Origin: Octopus vulgaris
Lineage: Eukaryota
Length of the DNA: 64,000 bases
Direction of reading: 5' to 3'
Assembly: GCA_951406725.2 (NCBI GenBank)
Contig: OX597838.1
Location: forward strand, 36,146,001 to 36,210,000
This document shows positions 1-12,015 of this stretch, one piece after another. The notes under the pieces were generated by a model. That model saw only the letters and a program-made list of their open reading frames with translations. It was not told where the DNA came from and ran no database searches. The stretch's first letter is position 1, and the number at the start of each line of letters is the position of its first letter. Position numbers and translations under genes: made by a program.

Positions 1-226
1 TGTGTTTGTGTGTGTTTGTGTGTCTGCATTTGTCCCCCAACATCGTTTGACAACCAATGGTGGTGTGTTTACGTCCCCATAACTTAGCGGTTCAACAAAA
101 GGGACCAATAGAATAAGTACTAGGCATCCAAAGAATAAGTCCTGGGGTTGATTTGCTTGATTAAAGGCAGTGCTCCAGCATGGCCACAGTCAAATGACTG
201 AAACAAGTAAATGAGTAAAAGAGTAA
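1..226 (+). mobile_element. SINE family A, 3' half (cut by window edge)
   Basis: Matches the 3' half of the copy at 1233-1622 and ends in ...cagtcaaatgactgaaacaagtaaa plus the (gagtaaaa)n tail. Confidence 0.9.
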
Positions 227-539
227 ACAGGTCAATAAACATAATGAGACTGGAAGGTCATGATTGGAATGCCTTTGATTAGAAGTCTGCATTGACTTGT
301 TACCAAACACTAAAAATAATATCTTTTACTTGTGTCACTCATTAGACTGTGGCCATGCTGGTGCACCACCTTGAAGGGTTTAGTTGAGTGAAATGAACCC
401 AGTAACTATTTCCGAAGTCTAGGACTTATTCTGTCAGTTTCCTTTATCAAACTTCTAAGCTTCAGGGACATAAACAAACCAACTTTGGTTGTCAAACTGG
501 TTGAAAACAAACACAAATGCATACACATGCACACGCGCA

Positions 540-762
540 CGAGGGTGTGCTGAAATGTTCCCGGCTTTAATGATATTGCAAAATGTGTGGTTGTTTGGAG
601 ACCCAACCGTCTGAGTTCTTTTTCCAGGGCTTAGAAAAACTGAAGGACCCCTGCAATAAGTGTGTGAATCTGAGAGGGGAATATGCTGAATAAAATCATA
701 ATTAATTGACCCCCTTGTATTTTCTTTTACCCCAAATCCAGGAACTTTTCAGCTCCACCTTG
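540..762 (+). mobile_element. Mariner-derived MITE/deletion derivative
   Basis: Imperfect TIRs cgagggtgtgctgaaatgttcc / ggaacttttcagctccaccttg; the interior translates to FFFQGLEKLKDPCNKCVNLRGEYAE*, like a mariner transposase C-terminus. Confidence 0.7.
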
Positions 763-789
763 TGTGTATATATATATATATATATATAC

Positions 790-900
790 TTTATTTAAAG
801 CAGCAGAAAATTCAACAAAACCTGTTACTCTGAGTTTCCCGTTGCCGTTCATCGGACAGTTTTTGCTAGCAACGGCAACGGGAAACTCAGAGTAACAGGT
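790..900 (-). mobile_element. Penelope-like terminal fragment with 30-bp inverted repeat and hammerhead-like motif
   Basis: Perfect IR 820-849/871-900 next to (TA)n; minus strand 859-822 reads CUGU CCGAUGA ACGGCAACGG GAA ACUCAGAGU A ACAG. Confidence 0.6.
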
Positions 901-1090
901 GATTCATATCGAGCCCTTCTGGGTATTAGCGCGCATCTACGATGAGTCTATGATTTAAAAAAAAATTTACCATAATTTTTTCCCATTCTTAATGCATTTT
1001 TTTGCTATTATATAAGGGAAGTAACTCTCTAAAAATGCTTATATAGTTATTTCCCTTACAAACCCGAGCAACGCCGGGTGATACTGCTAG
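901..1090 (+). mobile_element. Non-autonomous Helitron, 5'-truncated
   Basis: Similar to 48370-48543; subterminal hairpin acccg-agcaacgc-cgggt, then CTAG followed by host T. Confidence 0.75.
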
Positions 1091-1232
1091 TATATCAATA
1101 AAATTCTACTGGAACAGCTGTCAGATTTTAAACTACACATATGTTCTCATTGTAAAGGAAATACGACCATTAAATATATTCCAGACTACAGAGGAGAAGG
1201 CAAGCCAATGGATTTGGTTTAAAAAAAGAGAC

Positions 1233-1622
1233 AGGCGCAGGAGTGGCTGTGTGGTAAGTAGCTTGCCTACCAACCACATGGTTCTGGGTTCAGTCCCACT
1301 GCGTGGCATCTTGGGCAAGTGTCTTCTGCTATAGCCTCGGGCCGACCAATGCCTTGTGAGTGGATTTGGTAGATGGAAACTGAAAGAAGCCTGTCGTATA
1401 TATGTATGTGTATGTATATGTTTGTGTGTCTGTGTTTGTCCCTCTAGCATTGCTTGACAACCGATGCTGGTGTGTTTACGTCCCCTTCACTTAGCGGTTC
1501 GGCAAAAGAGACCGATAGAATAAGTACTGGGCTTACAAAGAATAAGTCTCGGGGTCGATTTGCTCGACCAAAGGCGGAGCTCCAGCATGGCCGCAGACAA
1601 ATGACTGAAGCAAGTAAAGAGA
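1233..1622 (+). mobile_element. SINE family A, full length (tRNA-derived head)
   Basis: A-box-like tggctgtgtgg, B-box-like ggttcagtccc, internal TA/TG microsatellite, 3' hairpin and simple tail; about 25 related copies in the window. Confidence 0.92.
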
Positions 1623-1992
1623 ATGAGAAATGGCTAGAAGACCATTGAGTGAAACATAATAGCCAGTTTATCGAGGTGTGGTGCCTCATTTCAGTGTGGT
1701 GGGACCAATGTGCAATGATGCGGTCGAAAGGAATGCCTCGAAATGGTGTGCATTCTCTTCTGATGACCCCATAAACTTACCAGCATCCAGTATTTGGAGC
1801 TTTCAATTGGTGGGACTTGCATCTGCAAGTTATTTGCCAAAGATCAAATATAAACTCACACTGGGGCCTTCCATGCAGTTTCCATTTGCTGAACTTATTT
1901 GCAAGGTATTGGTCAACCCAAGGATTTAGTAGAAGAACTTGTCCAAGGTGGCAGTTTTGCAGAACTGAACTGCAAATCATATAGTCCATGTA

Positions 1993-2842
1993 TTGGGTTG
2001 TCCGGAAAGTTCATGCCGATTTTTAAAGGAAAGAAAAAGGTCAATAAATACTTGCCATTACATTTTTAATCAACCAAATCTGAACCATTTTGTTGCACAA
2101 TGCGTCTCCATCTTTCCTTTAACTTGAAAATACCCTCTTCCCTGAACTGAGGTGGTTTCATGGCAAAGAATTCATCAAGGTATCTTTTTACGTCATCCAA
2201 GGAATTGAAATTTTTACCATTAAGACTATTCTGCAGAGACCTGAATAAGGGGAAATCCGAAGGAGTAATATCTGGTGAATATGAAGGGTGGGGTAACACA
2301 TCCCAGCCGAACTGCAGCAATTTTTGTTTGGTTCCCAAAGCATCAAGTGCTGAAAATGAACTTTCATCTTCCATTTTAAAGGGTTACAGAATTAACACAA
2401 GTTATAGGAACATAAATCTTCTTCCATGAAAAGATAGCTTAAACTGTGCTCTAAATGCAGGTGTAGTCAAATCCTATTTTATGGACTCAACCATGTTCTA
2501 AAATAAGTCAAAAGGTTATCTCTCGTGGAAGCGCCATCCAGTCAAAATGCAAATATATGGTAAGCTACCACCTGTGTCATCTCTTGCGAAAGGTAGGAGA
2601 GTCCAGTTTGCTGGACATTGTTGTAGAGCTGAAAGCCATCTACTCGCAATACCAGAGGGCGCACACTCTCCTACCCTGATGTAATCTCCAGGGATACAGG
2701 CATCCAGCAACAAGACCTCCGTAATGCCATGATGGACCGTGAAGTCTGGCGTAGCAGGGTAAATTCCATTGTCTCGACCACGGTCGAACAATGATGATGA
2801 TGAGGCTACTATAAATTGGCATGAACTTTCCAGACAACCCAA
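1993..2842 (-). mobile_element. Internally deleted mariner transposon with nested RTE fragment
   Basis: TIRs ttgggttgtccggaaagttcatgccgattt / aaattggcatgaactttccagacaacccaa with TA at 1991-1992; ORF 2066-2374 has GWDVLPHPSYSPDITPSDFPLF (mariner YSPDLAPSD motif) fused to a few N-terminal codons. Confidence 0.9.
2519..2802 (+). mobile_element. RTE-clade LINE 3' end (single copy)
   Basis: Encodes ..RRVQFAGHC..DTG..AMMDREVWRSRV (RTE-type C-terminus), ends in (ATG)n; same family as the 12-13.9 kb array. Confidence 0.8.
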
Positions 2843-3404
2843 TGGTTATAAAGTCAATTTCTTAAGCACATAGTTGTGGCTGTGGTTAGGAAAATTATCA
2901 TTTTGTTTTTCTATTTCTTTCACTCTATTCTGTTTAGCAGCACATAAAATATGAATCCGACAAAAAAAAAGCTCTGATACTCATGCATGCACACACACAC
3001 ACACACACACACCAAACATATGCATCAAACACAGATACACCTGCATACATTAACAGAGAAACGTAGTCCTCCAGCCAGTAAAAACGACAGGCTGGTCACA
3101 GCTGGTTTGCCTGATCATTAATGGCCTAGGGTTAAACAACAAACAATGAAAATACTTTAACAAAATTATCATTGAAATTATTTTTACTGTATTTTATTTC
3201 TTTAATAAAATAAAAAATACGAAGTATGAATTCAAAAATTTTAAAAAATGATAAAGAGACCCCCCGCAAACAATTTAACGAGACTAACAAAGTCTGGCAG
3301 AGAAGATACATCTCTTCATTAAAATAAAATAAATAAATACTCTTTTGCCCTTCGTCTTTAATATAAAAGAATCTCCCCTAAGGTTTCTTAATAATAATAA
3401 TATC

Positions 3405-3439
<35 letters not shown>

Positions 3440-3698
3440 GTATATATATATATATATATATATATACACTCGTACATACACACACATGCATACACACACA
3501 TATACACAACAACAAAATGAAAATGAATTAAAAGAAGAGAACAAAAATCAATACAAAATTCTTGGGTTACTCCCCACCATATTCCCACCCCGCTGCCAAA
3601 ATATTATTTAAAAAAATATTTTCATTATTTTTTATTCCTTGAGGTTTTTTCTATTAAACAAAATAAATCCGAAACACCTATAATATGATATGAAATAA

Positions 3699-3736
<38 letters not shown>

Positions 3737-4684
3737 CAATATAATGTAATACATAAATAATGTAAAAAAATACGAATTAAACGAATTTATTTTTTTAATT
3801 CTTTCTTTATTTCTGTGGCATTTCTTCTTTCATGCTATTTGCAGATTTGTAGAAATCCATCAAGGGGAACAAATGGTTATTTTAAAATTAGCAAAAAAAA
3901 AAAAGAAAGAAAATGGGGAATAAAGTTAAATTTAAAAAGAAAATAAAAAAATTGTAAATTGTGTTTCTTAATAAAAAAAATTAAATCTTCCATTTTGACT
4001 CACCCCCTCCCCCAACCTACCCCCACCAAAAAACATAATATATAAAAATAGATATTGTTTATTTGTTTGTTTGTTCGTTTGTTGTTTATATTTATTCTTC
4101 TAAATTTGAGTTGGCATTTTTAAAAATTAAAGTACTTATTTTTTGTATATTATTTTTGTTATAGATGGTTTTTTTTTCAAATCTTTAGAATTAATTTCTT
4201 TTTTTTGTAAATTAATTAATTTTCTTTAAATCTAATTTTATTATTGCTGTTTTACTGCCCTCAGCAAATTTTTGGTTAAATATAAAGCCATATTATGTGG
4301 GTGTCTGATACTCATACGCCAGTCCCTCTCCCAACATCGTCACCACCAGACCTCCAGTTCCCATGGTTGCATGTTGCATGTCTTTTCAATTTTGTTTTTA
4401 TTTCTAAAACAATTTCGAAAACAAAGAAGTTTAAGAAACTGACTCAAGACACCAGATATGATATCTTATAACGAGACATAACCATCAGCATCGTTATCTG
4501 GTATCGATAACTCGTCCCACTCATCCGAATGCCAGCAGCCGTATCAAAAAACTTTCCGTGGTGCCAAACAATGGTGCTGGCTTTGGTCATTGTGGTCGAG
4601 AACATGGACGTGGTCGGGTGGACAGAGTTGCTTTTAGGTGTGTTGTGTTCTGATTGAAAAGCAATTTGAAGAACATGACACGGA

Positions 4685-4720
4685 AACTGTTCGATTAGCT
4701 GTCAGCTCTCCCTTAATAGC
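4685..4720 (-). promoter_or_regulatory. Candidate Pol II core promoter (TATA-like plus Inr-like), predicted TSS ~4688
   Basis: Minus strand: TATTAAG starts at 4718 and ACAGTT has its central A at 4688, the canonical -30 spacing; long (GA)n tracts lie directly upstream and ~1.6 kb of SINE-free DNA downstream. Confidence 0.4.
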
Positions 4721-4724
4721 CACT

Positions 4725-4765
4725 CCTTCTCTCTCTCCAACACACACACATACACTTTCTCTTTG

Positions 4766-4804
<39 letters not shown>

Positions 4805-5740
4805 TTCTCTCTCTCTGAAACACATACACTCTCTCTCTTTCACAATGCCTCTGGTGTTAGCTCTTAGTTTTCCCCTAATCTTGCTCACACATACTCTCTC
4901 TCCTATTCTCTCTCTCTCCATTCTCTCCCTTTCTCTCCCATTCTCTCTCTTTCTCTCACATCCTCTCTCTTTCTCTCACATTCTCTCTGTTTCATTCTCT
5001 CTCTCTTACATTTCTCTCTCTCTCTCTCTCTTACATTTTCTCTCTTTCTCTCTCACATTTTCTCTCTCTCTCTCTCTCTTACATTTTCTCTCTCCATACA
5101 CACACACTTATTCTCATTCTCTCTGTCTCTCATTCTCTCTTTTGCTATACTTCTCTCAGTCCACGCTCTCTCTCTCTCCTTCTCTCACTCATTCTCTCTC
5201 CCTCTCTGTCATATCCTTTCCCTGAGTCATATCCTCTCTCTCTCTTTCCGTCTCATTATGTTTCTGCTATATTGGGATGTTGGTGGGAACACCATTGTGT
5301 GGCGATGCAACAACACATATTCCTTTTTCCATTTACACACAAGCATCTATTTCCTCTAAGAGCATTCACACGAGAAAAAATACCAACAGAGAGTGCAATA
5401 TCTGCTAGAAATAGCAGCCAAAACATTTGTCCTCAATTCCCAGCATCACATTTAAAAAAAAGGACACTTAGATAATGTAACCCTGGATCCCCTGCTCATA
5501 AAAAAACCCCGGCAGGATCGTCATATTTGGATTGCTTTTGCTCATAGGGCTGCTTGATTGTTGTCAGCTCTCCCTCTATTTCCCCTTCTCTCTCTCTCCC
5601 TCCCTCCCTCTCCCCTCCTCTCTCTCTCTCTCTCCCCCTCTCTCTCTCTCCGTCTCTCTCTCCCCTCTCTTTCTCTCTCTCTCTCTCTCCCTCTCTCTCT
5701 CCCCTCTCTCTCTCCCCTCTCTTTCTCTCTCTCTCTCGCT
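4725..5740. repeat. (CT)n/(GA)n low-complexity tracts (4725-5250, 5570-5740)
   Basis: Directly visible. Confidence 0.95.
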
Positions 5741-6056
5741 AGTCTATATTGGGTGTAAGTGGGAGCACTGATACATTGCAGTAAGTTCCCAATTAATTTA
5801 TTATTCTGCAATTAATTTAGTTTCTAATTTCACTTATGCTTCGTTTATTATGATTCCTGGGCCATAAATGTCCCGGCCCTTGTTGCTCACCCTTGGTCTG
5901 CTCTTATTAAGGAGATTTAAGAAATGAAGGCATTCTCTAGCTGTCCCACTCCATCTTCTTTCTATGACTGTGCCTGTGAATGTCAATTGAGGGAGATTGA
6001 GCTATTATTTTCAGCAGGGCTAAACATCATTTCAGATTACCTTATATTGTGGATAT

Positions 6057-6443
6057 TACTCTTTTATCCTTTTACTTGTTTCAGTCATTTGACTGCGGCC
6101 ATGCTGGAGCACCGCCTTTAGTCGAGCAAATCAACCCCGGGACTTATTCTTTGTAAGCCCAGTACTTATTCTATTGGTCTCTTTTGCCGAACCGCTAAGT
6201 GACAGGGGACGTAAACACACCAGCATCGGTTGTCAAGCAATGCTAGGGGGACAAACACAGACACACATATACATATATACGACAGGCTTCTTTCAGTTTC
6301 CGTCTACCAAATCCACTCACAAGTCATTGGTCGACCCGGGGCTATAGCAGAAGACACTTGCCCAAAATGCCACACAGTGGGACTGAACCTAGAAACATGT
6401 GGCTGGTTAGCAAGCTACTTACCACACAGCCACTCCTGTGCCT
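6057..6443 (-). mobile_element. SINE family A between 68-bp direct repeats
   Basis: Reverse complement of family A; 5989-6056 equals 6449-6516 with one mismatch. Confidence 0.92.
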
Positions 6444-6641
6444 TTTTGGAGGGAGATTGAGCTATTATTTTCAGTAGGGCTAAACATCATTTCAGATTAC
6501 CTTATATTGTGGATATGTATATTTGTGATATTTCGTTTTTGGATTTGGTTTGCAAGATTCTTTATGTGAGTTTGTGTGTTGAAGCATATTCTGTTGTGTC
6601 TGGGGAGAGTCATTTTCTTTTTGTGCTTTATAATTTAACAC

Positions 6642-6923
6642 GTGGAGGCACAATGGCCCAGTGGTTAGGGCAGCGGACTCGCGGTTGTAGGATGGCGGTT
6701 TCGGTTCCCAGACTGGGTGTTGTGAGTGTTTATTGAGCGAAAACACCTAAAAGCCCCGCGAGGCTCCGGCCGGGGGGGTTGGCGATCCCTGCTGTACTCT
6801 TTTGCCACAACTTTCTCTCACTTTTTCTTCTGTTGGCCTGCTCACTTAGCCAGTGGGGTGGCGTCACTTGAAGGCTAAAACAATGTGAAGCGCATTGTGA
6901 CCAGCGATGTGTAGCAACATCTG
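6642..6923 (+). mobile_element. SINE family B (tRNA-like head), tail type 1
   Basis: Head gtggaggcacaatggcccagtggttagggcagcggactcg..ggtttcggttccc; 12-bp TSD ataatttaacac at 6630-6641 and 6924-6935. Confidence 0.88.
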
Positions 6924-7356
6924 ATAATTTAACACACTCACCGGTAAAATTTCCACTTATTTCTTATTTTTATTTGTGATTTTGTTGTAGTAGTTTATTC
7001 CTGGGTCAGTCCTGATAAAGTAGATCTGTGTTGCATCTGACCCATCGTTTTCCTATGTCCATGAAGCCCTGCATCACATTAACCACGATGTCCTTTTTTA
7101 AAATGGCAAGAAATATATTTAACTGTTATTTCTAACGGGTCAAATGACCATGTGAGAAATCCCCTTTCTTGGTTTCTTTATTTATGTCAATGAATGTGGC
7201 TATGTGGTAAGCAGTTTGCTTCCCAATCACATGGTTCTGGGTTCAGTCCCATTCATTGGCAACTTGGATATGTGTTTCCTCTTATAGCTCTGGGCTGACC
7301 AAAGCTTTGTGAGTGAATTTAATAGACAGCAACTGAAAGAAGCCTGTCATACATGA

Positions 7357-7451
<95 letters not shown>

Positions 7452-8953
7452 TGAATGTGTATTTGTGTTGACATCATGTGACTGTTGTAAAATGATTGAC
7501 ATGGTCATACAAGCAGTATCATTCATTTCCAATATTCTGCAAGAACATGTCTGGCCATGGGTGAAATATTACCTTGCTTGGAAACAAGTGATAAGCATGG
7601 ATCATTTCGTGCAGTACTGTTTCCAGTAGATCCTCTAGTGGTCTGAATTCAAGAAGTGGGCAACTCAAAGATATGTTGCATATCTGTCTGCATCAGGTTG
7701 TCGTCCAACTTGGCTAACCATATATCCACCCCTGCAGCAAGACACTTGTTCCTTTCTCTCTCTCTCTCTCTCTCTCTGTCCATCTTACTTTAACTTTTCA
7801 TCATCTGATATAAAACCACCTCCCTCAATGGAACTTCTTCCCATGTCAGTGGAGGGTTTGGGAGAGCCTTGTCTTGCAAGTTACTTGGTGACATCACTGG
7901 TGCTTGTGCCATAGGAACCATACCAAAGCAGACATTGCAGACATTGACCAGCTCCTGTCAATTTCTTCAACCCATGCCAATATGGAAAACATTGACTGAT
8001 ATCAGTGATGACAGTATCATGTGATATGAGGGAGATTTGGTTGTTATTTCTAACAGGTCAAGCACCTATACAAAGACTCCCTCATTGATTTACACAATTG
8101 ATTTTACTGAGAGACAAATAATTGAAAAATTTTGGCAACATTTTAACTGGAAAACAGAGGTGAATGGTTGCCACACACTCTCCCACCAAAGTTCCGAGTT
8201 GGTGGCTTAATAAGAAGTCAAGGCTGTTTTTGGCCACATAATCTGGTTTTAATAGTCTAAGGTGTAATTTGACATGATTTGGCTTTAGTTGTACTAACAA
8301 AAAAAAAAAAAAAAAAAAATTATTATGATGTGTAACTAAAAGAGACTCTATTACCAGAGAAATGCTAGAAAATCTTTTACCGTAGCCTCATTAGGTTTTT
8401 AACAACTCGAATTAGATTTCAACAACTGGTACTGTCTCATCATTTTCCCCTCTTTACAATGGAAACAATTTACAGCTCACACTATAAAACTTGTTTTGCT
8501 CTCTTCTCACTTCTTGTCTCTGTGATTATAACTTACGCTGCTGTGTGTTTTCAATCTTTTGCAATCTTAAAAGGAATATCTTCTTTCCACGACGATAGAG
8601 CTACAACGATAACGATGAGAACAACAATGATGATGATGAATTTGGCAACACCAAGATAAATCTAATTTAGATGCCTAACCCAAACCATAAGTGAAGGTTT
8701 AAGGTTAAGGGACTGCAAAGTAGAGAAAATTTAGACGGTAATATTTCAGCTATTAACCCCCGTCACTTTTTATCAATTTATTGGAAACTCCTTCTGATAT
8801 TTCCACTACTATTCAATTAGCCAATTCTTTGGGTTGTATTGAGATGCCCTGTTTAGATACATACGCAACCACACTATTATATACACACACACACACATAC
8901 ATACATATATGCAAACACACAACTTACAAAGCACACATATAGATACATGTATA

Positions 8954-9375
8954 CTCTTGCTTCAGCCATTTGGCTGCGGCCATGCTGGAGCACCGCCTTT
9001 AGTTGAGCAAATCGACCCCAGGACTTATTCTTTGTAAGCCCAGTACTTATTCTATCGGTCCCTTTTGCTGAACTGCTAAGTTATGGGGATGTAAACACAC
9101 CATTGGTTGTCAAGCGATGTTGGGGGGACAAACACACACACAAACACACACACCCACACACACCCACACACACACCCACACACACCCACACACACATATA
9201 CATATATACGATGGGCTTCTTTCAGTTTTATGATTACCAAATCCACTCACAAGGCTTTGGTCAACCCAAGGCTATTATAGCAGGAAACACTGGCCAAATA
9301 TGCAACACAGTGGGACTGAACCTGAAAGCATGTGGTTGGGAAGCAAGCTTCTTACCACACAGCTACCCCTGTGCT

Positions 9376-9376
<1 letters not shown>
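8954..9376 (-). mobile_element. SINE family A, diverged
   Basis: Reverse complement of family A head and tail. Confidence 0.85.
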
Positions 9377-9409
<33 letters not shown>

Positions 9410-9439
9410 TATATATACATATATATATATATAATAAAT

Positions 9440-9802
9440 ATTAGGGAATAAATCCAAATTTACAGGGAAAAAATCAGATTTAGGATTAAATCCAATTTTA
9501 TAGTAAAATATTATAAAATATTATTAGAGACAAAACCACTATTTTGCAAAACAAACAAGGAAAGACTTAATCAATACATAAAATTTTAATAAATAGTCAA
9601 AAAAACCGCCACTACAATTGTTTCTTGTCTTGATCGACAATCTTCAGGTGGACTTCCAATAAGTCAGTTTCAAATTATGAAGATTGTCGATCAAGACAAG
9701 AAACAATTGTAGTGGCAGTTTTTTTGACTATTTATTAAAATTTTATGTATTGATTAAGTCTTTCCTTGTTTGTTTTGCAAAATAGTGGTTTTGTCTCTAA
9801 TA

Positions 9803-9812
<10 letters not shown>
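9440..9812 (-). mobile_element. Penelope-like terminal element with ~135-bp inverted duplication, embedded in (TA)n
   Basis: Arms ~9512-9646 and ~9678-9812 are near-perfect reverse complements, flanked by (TA)n on both sides; contains a hammerhead motif. Confidence 0.7.
9609..9651 (-). ncRNA. Type I hammerhead ribozyme (minimal, palindromic stem III)
   Basis: CCAC CUGAAGA UUGUC GAUCAA GACAA GAA ACAAUUGU A GUGG: intact core, stem I CCAC/GUGG, stem II UUGUC/GACAA, GUA cleavage triplet. Confidence 0.8.
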
Positions 9813-9849
<37 letters not shown>

Positions 9850-9947
9850 ACATACATATATATATATATACATATATGTATATATATATATACATATATA
9901 TATACATATGTATATATATACATATATATATACACACACATATAAAC

Positions 9948-9985
<38 letters not shown>

Positions 9986-10074
9986 CACACATATATACAT
10001 ACACACACACACACACACACACTATATATATACATATATGTATATACACATATATACATATATATATATATGTG

Positions 10075-10107
<33 letters not shown>

Positions 10108-10130
10108 ATACATACATATATATGTATCTA

Positions 10131-10163
<33 letters not shown>

Positions 10164-10183
10164 GTATCTATGTGTGTGTATAA

Positions 10184-10223
<40 letters not shown>

Positions 10224-11209
10224 GTATGTATGTATATATATGTATGTATGTATATATATATATGTATGTATGTATATAGATAGATAGATAGATACATAGT
10301 GGTTGGCATTAGGAAGGGCATCCAGCTGTAGAAACATTGCCAGATAAGACTGGAGCCTGGTGCAGCCTTCTGGCTTCCCAGATCCCCGGTCGAACCGTCC
10401 AACTCATGCTAGCATGGAGAACGGACGTTAAACGATGATGATGATGATGATATATATATATTTTGATGTCCTATATTCTTCCTTCTTATGAATTCTTTCA
10501 GATGTTATATTAGATGTCTAAATGTTCGGAGATAAGTCATAATTGTCAATAAGATTATAATTTCTTGGACTATTAACCACATATTTAGACATGAAAAAAC
10601 ATATTTCTCCTCCCCAACCACTCTTGTTTTTTTTTCAATATTAATATTTACATCGACACAGAGGTGTGTAGATGTAAAACTATATATATTTCATATATAG
10701 ATGTGTGTTTGTATGTATATAAGTATATATATATGTGTATATGCCTATATATGTGTGTGCTTATATATATGTATTTATGTGTGTGTGCATATACATATAT
10801 ATGCATATATGTGTGTGTATATATTTGTATATATATGCATAAATGTGTGTATATACATGTCATATTTGTGTATATATATATATACATGTGTGCATTCATG
10901 TATATATTTATATATGTATATAATATACACATATATGTGTGTAAATATATTTGTATATATATGTGTGTGTTTGTGTGTATATATATATGTATATATGTAT
11001 GTTTGTATATATGTATATACATATATATATACATATACATATATATATATTTTACCATCATGGAACAGTACACAATATATATATTTGTATAAATATTTGT
11101 GTATATATATATGTAGATACACATATACACAAGTACACATATATGTATTTGTGTATATATATATATATATATATACATATATCTGTCTATCTATCTATCT
11201 ATCTATCTA

Positions 11210-11286
<77 letters not shown>

Positions 11287-11311
11287 CACACACACACACA
11301 CACGTAGATAC

Positions 11312-11360
<49 letters not shown>
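9812..11360. repeat. Compound (TA)n/(TG)n/(CA)n microsatellite field with an RTE 3'-UTR fragment at ~10298-10451
   Basis: Directly visible; 10298-10451 matches the end of the 47420-48122 element and has an (ATG)n tail. Confidence 0.9.
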
Positions 11361-11363
<3 letters not shown>

Positions 11364-12015
11364 TCTGATTACAGAAAAATGATGTTAATTGTCTGCATAA
11401 TCATAATATGTTTCACATCCTATGTTCTGTGTTGTGTAATGTATTATTCCATTATGAAAACCGTCTGTTTATGTATTTATTCACATATTTCTTTATTCAT
11501 TCTTTATTGCCTTCACCCTTTGAAGCACATGGCCTTGTGGTTTGGGTGTTGTGCTCCCAATCGCATGGTCGTGGTCTCGATTCCTGGACGGACCTGGCCA
11601 TACAATGCAATTTTGAGGAAACAATTTTGTTCTATGTCACTCCTGGTATCTTAGCTGTCAATGAATAACCCTGCAACACATTGGCGTAGCATTTAAGGGA
11701 AAGGTGACCTCAGCCACTTATATGTCATGGGAACTGTGTAATCAGCCCTATGACTCCTAGATCTTGTGTGTGATAGTACTTACTAAACACATATGCACAC
11801 ATACACGTGTGCACACACATATATAGTGAAGACACATGGTCTAGTTGTTGCTCATCCAATCCAAAGATCAGTAGTTTCAATTCTCAGCTCAAGCAATGTA
11901 TTATATTCTTGATTAGATCACTTCTTTTTGGGTTGCTCCAGTTTGTAAAGGAATCACAACCCTGTGATGGACTGGCATACCATTCTCTAGCCTTGGTTGC
12001 TTGTATGCATCGGAA

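Noticed and set aside
5868-5880. Partial miR-92-like string tgtcccggcc
   Set aside because: The seed (attgcac) and a precursor hairpin are absent.
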